DNA of 64,000 bases from Planctomycetota bacterium (GTDB lineage Bacteria; Planctomycetota; SZUA-567; H5-PLA8). The notes beneath the pieces are model-generated. The model saw nothing but the letters and a program-made list of their open reading frames with translations, had not been told where the DNA came from and made no database searches. A program made the translations under genes and the position numbers. This document shows positions 9,407 through 18,439 of this stretch, piece by piece (positions within the stretch are counted from its first letter, which is position 1; every line of letters starts with the position of its first letter). Location: the NCBI GenBank assembly GCA_023150555.1, contig JAKLKQ010000007.1:65253-129252 (forward strand), in the 5' to 3' direction.

Positions 9407-9438
9407 AAAAAACCCATCGCGCAGGCGATGGGTTTTTT
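9407..9438. terminator. Bidirectional Rho-independent terminator
   Basis: aaaaaacccatcgc-gcag-gcgatgggtttttt between convergent genes. Confidence 0.9.
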
Positions 9439-9471
9439 ATTGTTCGCTCTTGCGCTCTTCGGACGTCGCGT

Positions 9472-10989
9472 TTACTCGGGCTGGATGTCTCCACCGCCGC
9501 CGCCGGGCGCGGGCGCCGCGCCGCCGCCGGGCGCGGGCGCCGCACCGCCGCCGGCATCGGGCGCCGCGCCGCCGCCGGCATCGGGCGCCGGGGCCGGGGC
9601 TTCGCCCTTCTTCACGGGAGCAACCGGTGCGGCGGGGGCCTCTTCCTTCTTCTTGACCGGGCCGGCGTTGCCGGTGATCTCGCGGAAGCTCAGCAGGCGG
9701 TTGTCCTCGGTGACCGCGTAGACGCGCAGCGCGCCGCCCTTGCTCTTCCAGGGGTTGTGGTATTGCAGGTAGAAGCTGACGCCGCTCTCCGCGCCGGTCT
9801 GCCAGCGCACCTTGCCGGTGGCCTTCTCGACGACGGCGATGTTCTTGTAGCCCGGGAAGTCCTTGAACGCGCCCAGCCCCATGACCACGTCGTTCTCGCT
9901 GGCGCCGGCGACGCCGTCGGCGGGCAGCTTCCACGCCAACGAGAAGCTCTCGACGCGCTCGGCCGAGCGGTTCGGATCGACCTGCGGGCGAATGATCTTC
10001 AGCGCGTGGACGCCGTCGTCCTTGGTCGGCACGAAGACGTAGGTGTCCAGGCTCGGCTCGTCGGCGAAGATCTTGCCCACCGGTGTGTTGCCGGCGGCGT
10101 AGGACCACTTGCGGCGCAGGGTCAGGCGGTCCAGCGCATACAGGGAGAAGTCGTGCGCGCCGACGTAGAGGTTGTCCTCATCGGAGCTCAGATGCGAGCT
10201 GGGCAGGTCCTGCAGCAGGTAGGGGTTGCGCCCTTCTCCGTCCCGCGTGTAGGCGTAGACGCGGTGGTCGTCGGAGGCGAAATAAATCAGGTCGTCGACG
10301 AGCACCAGCGGCGTGACGATCTTGCCGCGCGACGGAAGCGTGCGGTGCCAGGTCTTCTCCAGCTCGAACTGCGGCGCGACTAGGCCCGGCGCGTAGCTGG
10401 CCATGCGCACGCGCACGGTCATCGCCTGCAGGCGGCCGTGCCAGCTGCCGACGTACACCTGTTCCTGGTTCACCCAATCCTTCGTGTAGTTCTGCGGGTA
10501 GACCTCGGGGTCCACCACCAGCGGCGCGCCGCTCATCACGAAGTCCGGCTCCAGGCGCCAGCGGATGCGCCCTTCGCGCCGGTCGACGGCCACCAGCCAG
10601 TTCTTGACGTTCACGACGATGTTGTTGCGCGAGACCAACGGCGTGTAGCGGATATCGTCTTCCAGTTCCACGCGCCACAACTCGGTGCCGTCGCTGCGAC
10701 GCACCGCGATCAGGTTGTGCAGGTCGGTCTCGAGCAGGATCACTTCGGCGCTGACCCAGCCGCGGACCATCCGGCCCGCCTGAGGCCCGACGATGGGGCT
10801 GTACCATTCCAGGTCCAGCTTCAGGTCCGCGGGCTTGATCACGCGCCGGCCCTCGAACTCGGCAGAGGCGAGGACCTGTTGCTCCTTCTCTACCGCCCGG
10901 GCCCGCCCGGCCGCCGCCACGCACAGCAGGCACAGCGCCGCCAGCACCAAGCCCCGTTCCCGCCGTGCCGAACCGCCGTAGCGCATCAT
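9472..10989 (-). CDS. Secreted PQQ-type beta-propeller protein (BamB-like)
   Basis: Signal peptide and repeated propeller motifs (GTELWR, GRIRWR, LYVGAHDFSLYALD, TGKVRW). C-terminal GGGAAP(D)A repeats. Confidence 0.8.
   Translation of the reverse strand: MMRYGGSARRERGLVLAALCLLCVAAAGRARAVEKEQQVLASAEFEGRRVIKPADLKLDLEWYSPIVGPQAGRMVRGWVSAEVILLETDLHNLIAVRRSDGTELWRVELEDDIRYTPLVSRNNIVVNVKNWLVAVDRREGRIRWRLEPDFVMSGAPLVVDPEVYPQNYTKDWVNQEQVYVGSWHGRLQAMTVRVRMASYAPGLVAPQFELEKTWHRTLPSRGKIVTPLVLVDDLIYFASDDHRVYAYTRDGEGRNPYLLQDLPSSHLSSDEDNLYVGAHDFSLYALDRLTLRRKWSYAAGNTPVGKIFADEPSLDTYVFVPTKDDGVHALKIIRPQVDPNRSAERVESFSLAWKLPADGVAGASENDVVMGLGAFKDFPGYKNIAVVEKATGKVRWQTGAESGVSFYLQYHNPWKSKGGALRVYAVTEDNRLLSFREITGNAGPVKKKEEAPAAPVAPVKKGEAPAPAPDAGGGAAPDAGGGAAPAPGGGAAPAPGGGGGDIQPE
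9491..9600 (-). repeat. Coding tandem repeat of about 24 nt (GGGAAP[D/A][A/P], about 4 copies)
   Basis: Recurring ccgccgccggcatcgggcgccgcg-type units at the 3' end of the propeller gene. Confidence 0.85.
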
Positions 10990-11072
10990 GGTCCGCTCCT
11001 TACCTCTTCATCCCCGGTGTTCGGACGAACCCAATCCGTCCGAACTCGAATCCGTCACCCCAGCCGATTCCG

Positions 11073-11378
11073 TTACGTGCCAGGCGCGCTCTTTAGCCAC
11101 GCGGCCAGATCCACGCCGCGGGCCTGCTCGTACGCCCGCATCCGCTCGATCGCCGCCACGTCCCGCGCGATCGTCTGCGAGAGCTTGTAGACGTACGGCT
11201 TCCCGTCCAGCCGCGCGCGCAGGTCCGCCAGCACCCGGTCCCAGGAGCCCTCGTACAGCGTCTCCCGCACCTGCACCAGCACCCGCTCGTACGCTTCCAA
11301 GCTTTCCCAATACGCGTCGGGCGACAGCTTCAAAGCCGGGTCCGTTGGACTGGGCGTGCCGCCGCCCGCGTCGCTCAA
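11073..11378 (-). CDS. Small helical hypothetical protein
   Basis: Coding-like codon usage. ERVLVQVRETLYEGSWDRVLADLRARLDGKPYVYKL resembles a small family I recall from planctomycetes. Confidence 0.75.
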   Translation of the reverse strand: MSDAGGGTPSPTDPALKLSPDAYWESLEAYERVLVQVRETLYEGSWDRVLADLRARLDGKPYVYKLSQTIARDVAAIERMRAYEQARGVDLAAWLKSAPGT

Positions 11379-11440
11379 TGTGACTCTCCGCTTTTTCGCT
11401 CTAAGCCAAGGCTACGATTGTAGTAACGGGAAGCTTCCTG

Positions 11441-12514
11441 TCAACCGGGTGAAATCTGCTTATGGCCGCCCGGGTCAGGCGGTTCCGGCCCCGGCCCGGC
11501 GGCCCGTTTCGCGTCCTGCTGGCCCTCCCAGACCACCAGCCCCAGGCCGCAAAGGATCAAGCCGCCGCCGCCCAACAGCGCCAGCCGCGCCGCCTCGAAG
11601 CCCAGCCAGATCGAGAAAGCCGACGCGAAGATCGGCTCCAGGCAGTAGATCACTCCCGCCTTCGCCGGCGTGACGAACGGCTGGTACTTGTTCATCAGGT
11701 GGAAGCTGCCCACCGAACAGAAGACGATCGTCGTCGCGACGGTCCACTGGATCGTCCAGTCCCCGGACATGCGACCCAGGGCGTCCGCCGCGAACAACGC
11801 GCCGAAGCCGTCGAAGAACGGCGCCAGCGCCAGGTTCACGCCGCCCGTGGCCAGGAACATCATCACCGTCAGGCGCTGCGTGTCGCTGCGCCGCCCGTAG
11901 CGGTCCACCAGCATGATCTGCGCGGTGAAGATAAGCGCCGCGCCCACCGTGAGCAGTTCGCCGAAGTACGGGAACGGCGCCGCCGCGACGTCCGCCGCCG
12001 AGGCCCCGCTGGAACTCAGCGCCACGCTGCCGCTCAGCGCCAGGGCCACCGCGATCCACGTCATCCGGCCCGGCATGCGCCGCAGCACCAGCGCCTGCGC
12101 CACCGGGAGGAAGACGACCACCAGCGAGGTCAGAAAGCCCGACGTCGAAGGATGCACGTACCGCAGGCCGACCAGCTGCAGCAGCATCCCCAGCCCCAGC
12201 GAGATGCCGATCAGCGTTCCGCCCAGGACCTCGTCGCGCGAGAAGCCGCGCATCGAGCGCCACGCCACCAGCGCGTACAGCAGCGCCGCCGCCAGAAAAC
12301 GCACGCCCATGTATGCCGCGCGCACCGCCAGCTCGCCGGCCTGCGGCGCGTATTCCTCGATGCGCATCGTCCCCACCTTCATCGCCGGGAACGACCAGCC
12401 CCAGAAGACGTTCGTCACCACCAGCGCGAGGATCGCCACGCGCACCGCACGCATCGCGCGCACGGAATCGCCGCTGGACGGCAGGGCCGGTGTGGAAGCG
12501 TCGAGCATCCGCAC
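11441..12514 (-). CDS. DMT/EamA family transporter
   Basis: FWGWSFPAMK, LQLVGLRY..STSGFLTSLVVVFLP, AGVIYCLEPIFA and about 10 TMs. Exact start uncertain. Confidence 0.92.
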   Translation of the reverse strand: MRMLDASTPALPSSGDSVRAMRAVRVAILALVVTNVFWGWSFPAMKVGTMRIEEYAPQAGELAVRAAYMGVRFLAAALLYALVAWRSMRGFSRDEVLGGTLIGISLGLGMLLQLVGLRYVHPSTSGFLTSLVVVFLPVAQALVLRRMPGRMTWIAVALALSGSVALSSSGASAADVAAAPFPYFGELLTVGAALIFTAQIMLVDRYGRRSDTQRLTVMMFLATGGVNLALAPFFDGFGALFAADALGRMSGDWTIQWTVATTIVFCSVGSFHLMNKYQPFVTPAKAGVIYCLEPIFASAFSIWLGFEAARLALLGGGGLILCGLGLVVWEGQQDAKRAAGPGPEPPDPGGHKQISPG

Positions 12515-12675
12515 ATCCTATCCCGCGGCCACGGCACTGTCGAAGGGTCCCTTCTGGACTCGACCGCGGAAGAGCGCGCGCTATCTTTCTTCGGACCCGG
12601 CGAAACGGCTGTTCCAAATTGCGAAACGCCTGTCCCCGGGCGTACCGCTTCTTTGCTCAGGAAAAGGAGTCTTCC

Positions 12676-13539
12676 ATGCGACTGGTCAGCTACGGCCCGC
12701 CCGGACAGGAGCGCCTCGGGGCGCTGATCGACGGCGGCAAGAAGATCGTGGACCTCAACCGCGCCAAGCCCGACCTACCCTCGGGGATGCTGGCCTTCCT
12801 GCAGGGGGATTTTTGGGCAAGCGCCAGGGCCCTGCTGGCCGATACCTCCCGTATTGGGCCGCAAGCCGTCGTCGAGCGGGCCGCGGTGCGCTTGGGCGCG
12901 CCGGTGCCCCGCCCGGGGCTGATCGTCTGCGTGGGGTTGAACTACAAGGACCACGCGGACGAGCAGGGCGTCGAGTACCCCAAGGCGCCGCTGCTGTTCA
13001 GCAAAGCGCCCGGCGCGGCGTGCGGGCCCAACGACGACGTGGTCTATCCGGACGTCGTCGAGAAGCTCGATTACGAAGTGGAACTCGGCGTTGTCATCGG
13101 CAAGACGGCGAAGAAGGTGGCAGCCAACCGCGCGAAGGACGTGATCGCCGGCTACTGCACCTTCAACGACGTCTCGGCCCGCTGCGCGCAGTTCGGGGAC
13201 AAGCAATGGTTCCGCGGGAAGTCCTTCGACACCTTCGCCCCCTTCGGGCCCGCGCTGGTGACGGCCGACGAAGTTCCCGATCCGCAGAACCTGCGCCTGA
13301 CCTGCAAGGTCAACGGCGAGACGCGGCAGGACGGCCACACGAGCAAGATGATTCACGACGTGGCGCACATCGTCGAGTACGTCACGAGGGGCCATACGCT
13401 GCAGCCGGGCGACGTGATCGCCACCGGTACGCCGTCGGGCGTGGGTGTCTTCTTCGACCCGCCGAAACTCCTGAAGCGCGGCGACACGGTGGAGCTGAGC
13501 GTCGAGGGGCTGGGCACCGTCATAAACCGGATCGTCTGA
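12676..13539 (+). CDS. Fumarylacetoacetate hydrolase family protein
   Basis: CVGLNYKDH, LDYEVELGVVIGK, NDVSAR, GKSFDTFAPFGP and GDVIATGTPSGVG. AAGGAG RBS before the ATG at 12676. Confidence 0.96.
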   Translation: MRLVSYGPPGQERLGALIDGGKKIVDLNRAKPDLPSGMLAFLQGDFWASARALLADTSRIGPQAVVERAAVRLGAPVPRPGLIVCVGLNYKDHADEQGVEYPKAPLLFSKAPGAACGPNDDVVYPDVVEKLDYEVELGVVIGKTAKKVAANRAKDVIAGYCTFNDVSARCAQFGDKQWFRGKSFDTFAPFGPALVTADEVPDPQNLRLTCKVNGETRQDGHTSKMIHDVAHIVEYVTRGHTLQPGDVIATGTPSGVGVFFDPPKLLKRGDTVELSVEGLGTVINRIV

Positions 13540-13598
13540 GCAAGAGCGGCTGCGCCCGCGCTTGCCCGCGTTCCACGGCAAGCAAGGGGGTAGCCTCC

Positions 13599-14501
13599 AT
13601 GCGTCTTTCCCTGTTCCGCTTCGGCGCCATCGCCGCGGCCCTGCCGCTGCTGCTGGCGTCCTGGGGCTGCAAAGACAACCGGCAGGCCGCCGCCGGCGAC
13701 CAGTACTTCGGTGCCAAGCCTCCCGCCCCGCCGCCGGCGAACTACACCGCCAAGCGCTACAGCGACACCATCACCGTCTTCACGCCGATGTCCGACGAGG
13801 CCATGGAGCGCTACACGTCGGGCAGGATGAGCAACCTGGGAAGCAACCAGTACCCCGAGGAACCGCGCGCGACCTTCCCGCCGCCCGAACTGGACCTCCG
13901 TCCGCCCGCGGCGCCGCCCGCGCACGCGGCCGCCGGCGGCGACCCGGCCTGGAACGTGCCCCTGACCCGCACCTGGTCGAGCATCGTCATCCACCATTCG
14001 GCCAGCGACCGCGGCAGCGCCTCCATCTTCCACAAGTGGCACCTGCAGCGCGGCTGGGAGAACGGCCTGGGCTACGACTTCGTCATTGGCAACGGCTCCG
14101 ACAGCGGCGACGGCGAAGTCGAGGTCGGCCCGCGCTGGAAGAAGCAGATCGACGGCGCCCACGCCGGCAACGACCACTACAACCAGCACGGCATCGGCAT
14201 CTGCCTGGTCGGCAACTTCGACCACGAACGTCCCAGCGCGCGGCAGATGGCCAGCCTCGAGCGCCTGGTGCGCTTCCTGCAGGCCAAGTGCGGCATCCCG
14301 GCCAGCCGCGTCATTGGCCACGACGACGTCCCGGGCAAAGACACCCACTGCCCCGGCGCGCACTTCGACCTCGCCGGCTTCCGCGCGCGCCTGGGCGGAA
14401 GCCCTTCGTCCGCCTACGTCCCGCCCGTCACCACCGCCAGCACCGCCAGCACCGGCAAGAAGAGCGCCGTGAAAGCGAACTCGGTGATGTCGGTGCCGTA
14501 A
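13599..14501 (+). CDS. N-acetylmuramoyl-L-alanine amidase (Amidase_2), predicted lipoprotein
   Basis: Lipobox-like LLASWGC. Zn-amidase motifs IVIHHSA, GYDFVIGNG, GAHAG, GIGICLVGNF, GH and CPG. Confidence 0.9.
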   Translation: MRLSLFRFGAIAAALPLLLASWGCKDNRQAAAGDQYFGAKPPAPPPANYTAKRYSDTITVFTPMSDEAMERYTSGRMSNLGSNQYPEEPRATFPPPELDLRPPAAPPAHAAAGGDPAWNVPLTRTWSSIVIHHSASDRGSASIFHKWHLQRGWENGLGYDFVIGNGSDSGDGEVEVGPRWKKQIDGAHAGNDHYNQHGIGICLVGNFDHERPSARQMASLERLVRFLQAKCGIPASRVIGHDDVPGKDTHCPGAHFDLAGFRARLGGSPSSAYVPPVTTASTASTGKKSAVKANSVMSVP

Positions 14502-14537
14502 CGGCAGCAGTCAACTTTAAGCTGTCAGCGATCAGCT

Positions 14538-14570
14538 AAAAGCGCCCGCGGAAACGCGGGCGCTTTTTTT
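14538..14570 (+). terminator. Rho-independent terminator
   Basis: aaaagcgcccgcg-gaaa-cgcgggcgc followed by ttttttt. Confidence 0.92.
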
Positions 14571-14673
14571 ATCGGGTGGTCGGGCGAGCGGGTGATCCGG
14601 CGATTGAGAAAATCTTTAACCGGGAAGCGCGCAGACGTGAAGCAAACCGTCTCCACTTTCGCCCAATCCTAGA

Positions 14674-14766
14674 GGCGTCCCATAGGGACGCCGTGAAAGT
14701 AGCCCAGCACTTCAGTGCTGGGTTCCCGGCCAGCAGCCCTTGAAGTCCCGTTGGGACGACTGAAAG
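14674..14766. repeat. REP-like palindrome cluster
   Basis: Three hairpins: ggcgtccc-ata-gggacgcc, cccagcact-tc-agtgctggg and gtccc-gtt-gggac. The first and third are each followed by tgaaag. Confidence 0.7.
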
Positions 14767-14804
14767 CGCATGGACGGCGGGCGCAAAACAGCGGGTGAAG
14801 ACCG

Positions 14805-15326
14805 CTATGGGTTGGTCGCGTCTGGCGGCGTTGGTGCCGATGTTTCCTGACCCATAAAGGCCTGGAATAGCTCATCCATATCGTCCGACGAGAGTGCAAA
14901 CTTCCGTGCCGCACACCACGCGCTCATTCGGGAAAAGTGGGCGTCGTTCCAGACGCTCGGGTCTCCATTCGCGTCACGGCCGGTGATGGAACCGCCGTAC
15001 CACGAATAGACATTGTTTCCCACGTAGAAAAATCCCCAGGGTTTTCCGCCCGGATTGTGATCGAGAAATTTTGGCTTTGAATTCAACACCGCAATGAATT
15101 CCTGCGCCTCCTGCCCGGCCAGATGGTAGGTCAGGTCGGCGGACATAGTGAAAAATACGTGCTCGCCGCCATTTGCCTTTAGCCTGGCATTCTCTTCCTG
15201 AAGGCGACGGCACTCCTGGTTAGCCAGGAAAAGACCGACGGCCAGACCCACAACCAGACATATCAGGATCAGTGTCGAGAGCCGGAACTGGATCTTCTGC
15301 CGGCCGGCGGGCACCGCATCGTCCAT
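14805..15326 (-). CDS. Hypothetical membrane-anchored protein
   Basis: N-terminal QFRLSTLILICLVVGL motif plus TM and a short coiled coil. Visibly more AT-rich than its neighbours. Confidence 0.7.
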   Translation of the reverse strand: MDDAVPAGRQKIQFRLSTLILICLVVGLAVGLFLANQECRRLQEENARLKANGGEHVFFTMSADLTYHLAGQEAQEFIAVLNSKPKFLDHNPGGKPWGFFYVGNNVYSWYGGSITGRDANGDPSVWNDAHFSRMSAWCAARKFALSSDDMDELFQAFMGQETSAPTPPDATNP

Positions 15327-15410
15327 CGCATTTGGCTCCAGAATATTGAAAGTATTCGCGAAAGGTATAGCCTGCTCGGCCGCTGAAGTCGATAGGTGAA
15401 CGCGGCCAAC

Positions 15411-15439
15411 CCAAAATCCAAAACCTAAAATCCAAAATC
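15411..15439. repeat. Heptamer tandem repeat (CCAAAAT-type, 4 copies)
   Basis: ccaaaat ccaaaac ctaaaat ccaaaat immediately after the URO-D stop. Confidence 0.75.
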
Positions 15440-15444
15440 GGGCG

Positions 15445-16641
15445 TCAGCCGCCTAACTCAATACACCGCTTCCGGTAGTACTCGTAGTTCGCGAGGCTCA
15501 CTTCCGCCGGCACGCCGTGGTCGCAGGTGGGGATGTACCCGCCGCGCGCGCGCATGGCGGGGAGGATGTACTCGAGGTGCCGGTCGATTGCCGCCGGTCC
15601 TGCGGCGAGCACGCGCTTGTCGATGCCGCCGGAGATCGTCAGCCACGGAAAGCGCGCGCCGATCTTCACCACGTCGCTGCCCGAAGCCACTTCGAAGGGG
15701 CTCATCACGTCCATGCCGACGGTCTCGCGGTACAGCTCGATCACCGTCTCGGCGTTGCCGTCGGTGTCGATCTGCACGAAGAGGTGGCGGCGCGCATCGA
15801 GTTGCCGCGCCTTCACGCGCGCGAGCAACTCCTGGTAGTACGGCACCAGGAACTCGCGGATCATCGCCGGCGAGATCAGCGGGCCCTTGTTGTAGCAGAT
15901 GTCCTCGGCGAAGAAGACCTCGTCCAGCGTCACGTGCCGCTGGTGCCGCGCGGTCACCGCGTCGGCGAGGTCCAGCCACGCCTGCATGCACGCGTGGATC
16001 AACTCGGGCTGGTCCACGAACGCATACAGCACCTGCTCGGGCCCGATCAGGCTGCGCAGGTACATGTAGCCGCCGACGACGCGCTGCACGATCATCTTGC
16101 CCTGAGCGGCGGCGGCCTTCGCCGCGTCAACGCGCGCGTCCAGATCCGCATAGCGTTCGGGGCTCGCCGGATCCATGCGCCAGCGGATCTCGCGCTCCCA
16201 GCTCGCCAGGTCCTTCACCGGATGATCGAGGTACTCGGGCATGAAGCCGTTGCGGCGGTTCTTGAAGCAGAGCAGCTTGCGGCCGACGCGGTCGAGCACG
16301 ACTTCGTGCGCGCCGCGGTCTTCCAGCACCGCGGGCTCAAACTCGGGCACCAGCGCGGCCTCGCACCAGCCCAACCCGGCCAGGTCGTAGCGCGCGGGCG
16401 GATCGAAGCCGAAGCGCGCGGCGAAGTCGGCGCCTTCGGGCAGGCCCTGCGCCGCCCAGGCCTCGCGCGAGTAGAACCCGAACTCCTTGCGGTAGAGCGG
16501 CGCGCCCGGCACGACGCGGTAGGCGTCCCACAGCCGCCGGATGTGCGGCGCCATCTGCTCGTAGGGGATCGGCAGCGGGATCGCGCGGCGTTCGGCGAGC
16601 AGCGCGGCGGTATCCGCTTCGGCGGCGACGGTCGCAGGCAT
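15445..16641 (-). CDS. Uroporphyrinogen decarboxylase (URO-D/MtaA) family protein
   Basis: FFAEDICYNKGPLISP, IDTDGN, SGGIDKR and GGYIPTCDHGVP. ATG at 16641 follows GGAGG. Confidence 0.9.
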   Translation of the reverse strand: MPATVAAEADTAALLAERRAIPLPIPYEQMAPHIRRLWDAYRVVPGAPLYRKEFGFYSREAWAAQGLPEGADFAARFGFDPPARYDLAGLGWCEAALVPEFEPAVLEDRGAHEVVLDRVGRKLLCFKNRRNGFMPEYLDHPVKDLASWEREIRWRMDPASPERYADLDARVDAAKAAAAQGKMIVQRVVGGYMYLRSLIGPEQVLYAFVDQPELIHACMQAWLDLADAVTARHQRHVTLDEVFFAEDICYNKGPLISPAMIREFLVPYYQELLARVKARQLDARRHLFVQIDTDGNAETVIELYRETVGMDVMSPFEVASGSDVVKIGARFPWLTISGGIDKRVLAAGPAAIDRHLEYILPAMRARGGYIPTCDHGVPAEVSLANYEYYRKRCIELGG

Positions 16642-16756
16642 GAGAAAGTCCTCCGGAGCGGCGGCGCCGGCGCGGGGCCAAGACAAAATGCTTTGTCCCG
16701 TGCGCCGCGCGCGGCCTGCACTTCTCTCTTAGTTTCACCGCAAAATCGGGAAGGCC

Positions 16757-16793
16757 ATGTACGCGGTGCCCGCTTTTGATGGACTTTTTGCTC
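16757..16793 (-). promoter_or_regulatory. Putative AraC-family operator (22-nt period direct repeat) upstream of the URO-D gene
   Basis: Sense strand GAGCAAAAAGTCC-N9-GGGCACCGCGTACAT, the same architecture as 19483-19519. Confidence 0.65.
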
Positions 16794-16829
16794 TATCCCA
16801 CCGCGAGGCCTAACCAAACGCAAACGGAA

Positions 16830-16861
16830 TTAACCGCAGAGAGCGCAGAGGCCGCCGAGAA
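16830..16861 (+). repeat. 32-nt dispersed repeat, inverted copy at 20663-20694
   Basis: ttaaccgcagagagcgcagaggccgccgagaa matches the reverse complement of 20663-20694 at 30 of 32 positions. Confidence 0.8.
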
Positions 16862-16870
16862 GGGTTCCTC

Positions 16871-17043
16871 GTTTCGGGTTTCTTGTTTCTGGTTTTGGCG
16901 GCGCGCAAGCGAACAGCGAACCCTGGAATTCTCCGTCGGGACAGAATTTCCCTTTAACGTTTCTCAGTCGCTAAGTCCGAACCAGAAACCAGGAACTTGA
17001 AACCAGAAACAATCCGTTTCTGATGCCTGAATCCTGATTCCTG
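16871..17043. repeat. Cluster of degenerate heptamer repeats (GTTTCTG/CAGAAAC inverted pair; CCTGAAT-type)
   Basis: gtttcgggtttcttgtttctgg ... aaccagaaaccaggaacttgaaaccagaaac ... ctgatgcctgaatcctgattcctg. Confidence 0.7.
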
Positions 17044-17125
17044 CCGTCGCATCTTCCCTGCACTTCCGCTGCCAATTCATCGCTCGCTTGCCCTTCCAAT
17101 CCAAAATCGGCAATCTAATACCGAC

Positions 17126-17327
17126 CCGCCTGTCCCGGGCCCCCGCCTATAGACACATCCATTGCAAGGGGCGCGGCCTGCCGCGGTGCGCTGCGCCGGA
17201 CCTTCCGGCGTAGCGCGCGGCGTCGTTCGCTAGACATGAACCGGCGTACGAATGGCCTTCGCTCTCCACGGCTTGCCGTTGCCCGCCGCGCCCCTCGCTC
17301 CGGACGCGAGGAACCCGGGACAGGCGG
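17126..17327. ncRNA. Candidate structured RNA (about 202 nt; family and strand unresolved)
   Basis: Perfect 14-bp closing inverted repeat ccgcctgtcccggg/cccgggacaggcgg, a nested 11-bp aggggcgcggc/gccgcgcccct stem, and internal hairpins. No credible CDS overlaps it. Confidence 0.5.
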
Positions 17328-17405
17328 TACTGCGTACTGCATGGCTCCGGCAAACCACGGCGCGTGAGGCCTCGTCGGCCCATCGAACGACATCCTGCCG
17401 CGGGT

Positions 17406-17435
17406 ACGTCTTAACTGCAGACGTCTTAACTGCAG
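17406..17435. repeat. Perfect 15-nt tandem duplication
   Basis: acgtcttaactgcag, 2 copies. Confidence 0.9.
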
Positions 17436-17944
17436 GGGTTAGGGCTCAGGATTCAGGGATCAGGGGTGGAGCGGCTACGCCGCCCCTTCTGGCACGGCCT
17501 ACCTACGCCGAGCCAGCCCTGAGGCCTGTTTCCTGCTTCCTAAAGCCTTCAGTTATTTGAACGACCATGGGTCGAAAAAATCCGCGTCGGGATCCCGCAA
17601 CTCCAGACATGGAAAGGAGTAGAAAATTTAATTTTTGCTTTTTAAAAGACATTAAAAGATATAACAAAGGTTGTGCCGCAAAGAGAATGTTGCCCGAAAA
17701 GCTGGCGCGCTCCCGATAGCGGCGGTCGGCTGCGGCTCACCCGCGGTACGGGCCTCTTGCGGACCCGGCAACCTCCGCGCCATGAAATTCCGCAGGCGGA
17801 ACTGGCCGGAGCTTCAACTCGTTCAGCGCAAATAGGTTATACCCTTCCATCCGGTCCGGATTCGGTGAAGACGGGAATGTCACGGCACGTCCTTCACATT
17901 ACAATTGGAGGAAGCCTTTAAACCCCTTTTCAGGAGGACGTCAG

Positions 17945-18367
17945 ATGAAGCGCATGTTGAGCGCAGCGGCGGCCATCGCGGTGGTCGCGGTCGTCGGGAT
18001 GGCCAGCCTCGGCGAGGAGACCTACCCGGACATAAAGATCGAGGATCTCAAGAAGGCGATGGAAGAGAAGACCGTCACCCTGATCGACTGCAACGGCACC
18101 GAGACCTACGCCAAGAGCCACCTCCCCGGCGCCAAGGACTTCAAGGCCGTCGAAAAGGATCTGGCCAAGAACCTGCCTGAAGACAAGGGCGCGCTGGTCG
18201 TCGCGTACTGCGGCAGCAGCAAGTGCACCGCCTACAAGGCCGGCGCCGACGCCGTCGCCAAGCTGGGCTACACCAACGTGAAGCACTTCTCCGCCGGGCT
18301 GAAGGGCTGGACCGACGCCGGCGAGAAGACCGAAGGCACCGGCGAGAAGACCGAAGGCAGCAAGTAA
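17945..18367 (+). CDS. Exported rhodanese-like domain protein
   Basis: Signal peptide, SHLPGA, active-site YCGSSKC and AGLKGWTDAG; AGGAGG RBS. Confidence 0.92.
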   Translation: MKRMLSAAAAIAVVAVVGMASLGEETYPDIKIEDLKKAMEEKTVTLIDCNGTETYAKSHLPGAKDFKAVEKDLAKNLPEDKGALVVAYCGSSKCTAYKAGADAVAKLGYTNVKHFSAGLKGWTDAGEKTEGTGEKTEGSK

Positions 18368-18401
18368 CGCCGACCGCACCGCGCTTCCTTTACAGGAAGC
18401 G

Positions 18402-18432
18402 AAAACGCCCGCGCAAAAACGCGGGCGTTTTT
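18402..18432. terminator. Rho-independent terminator, probably bidirectional
   Basis: aaaacgcccgcg-caaaaa-cgcgggcgttttt. Confidence 0.85.
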
Positions 18433-18439
18433 CTATGGG

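Noticed and set aside
17186-17216. CCGGAAGG on the minus strand as SRP RNA helix 8
   Set aside because: The flanking CAGG and AGCAG internal-loop motifs of SRP are missing.
17115-17921. Short ORFs in the 17.1-17.9 kb gap
   Set aside because: No motifs, no clear RBS and atypical codon usage. The region is better explained as non-coding.
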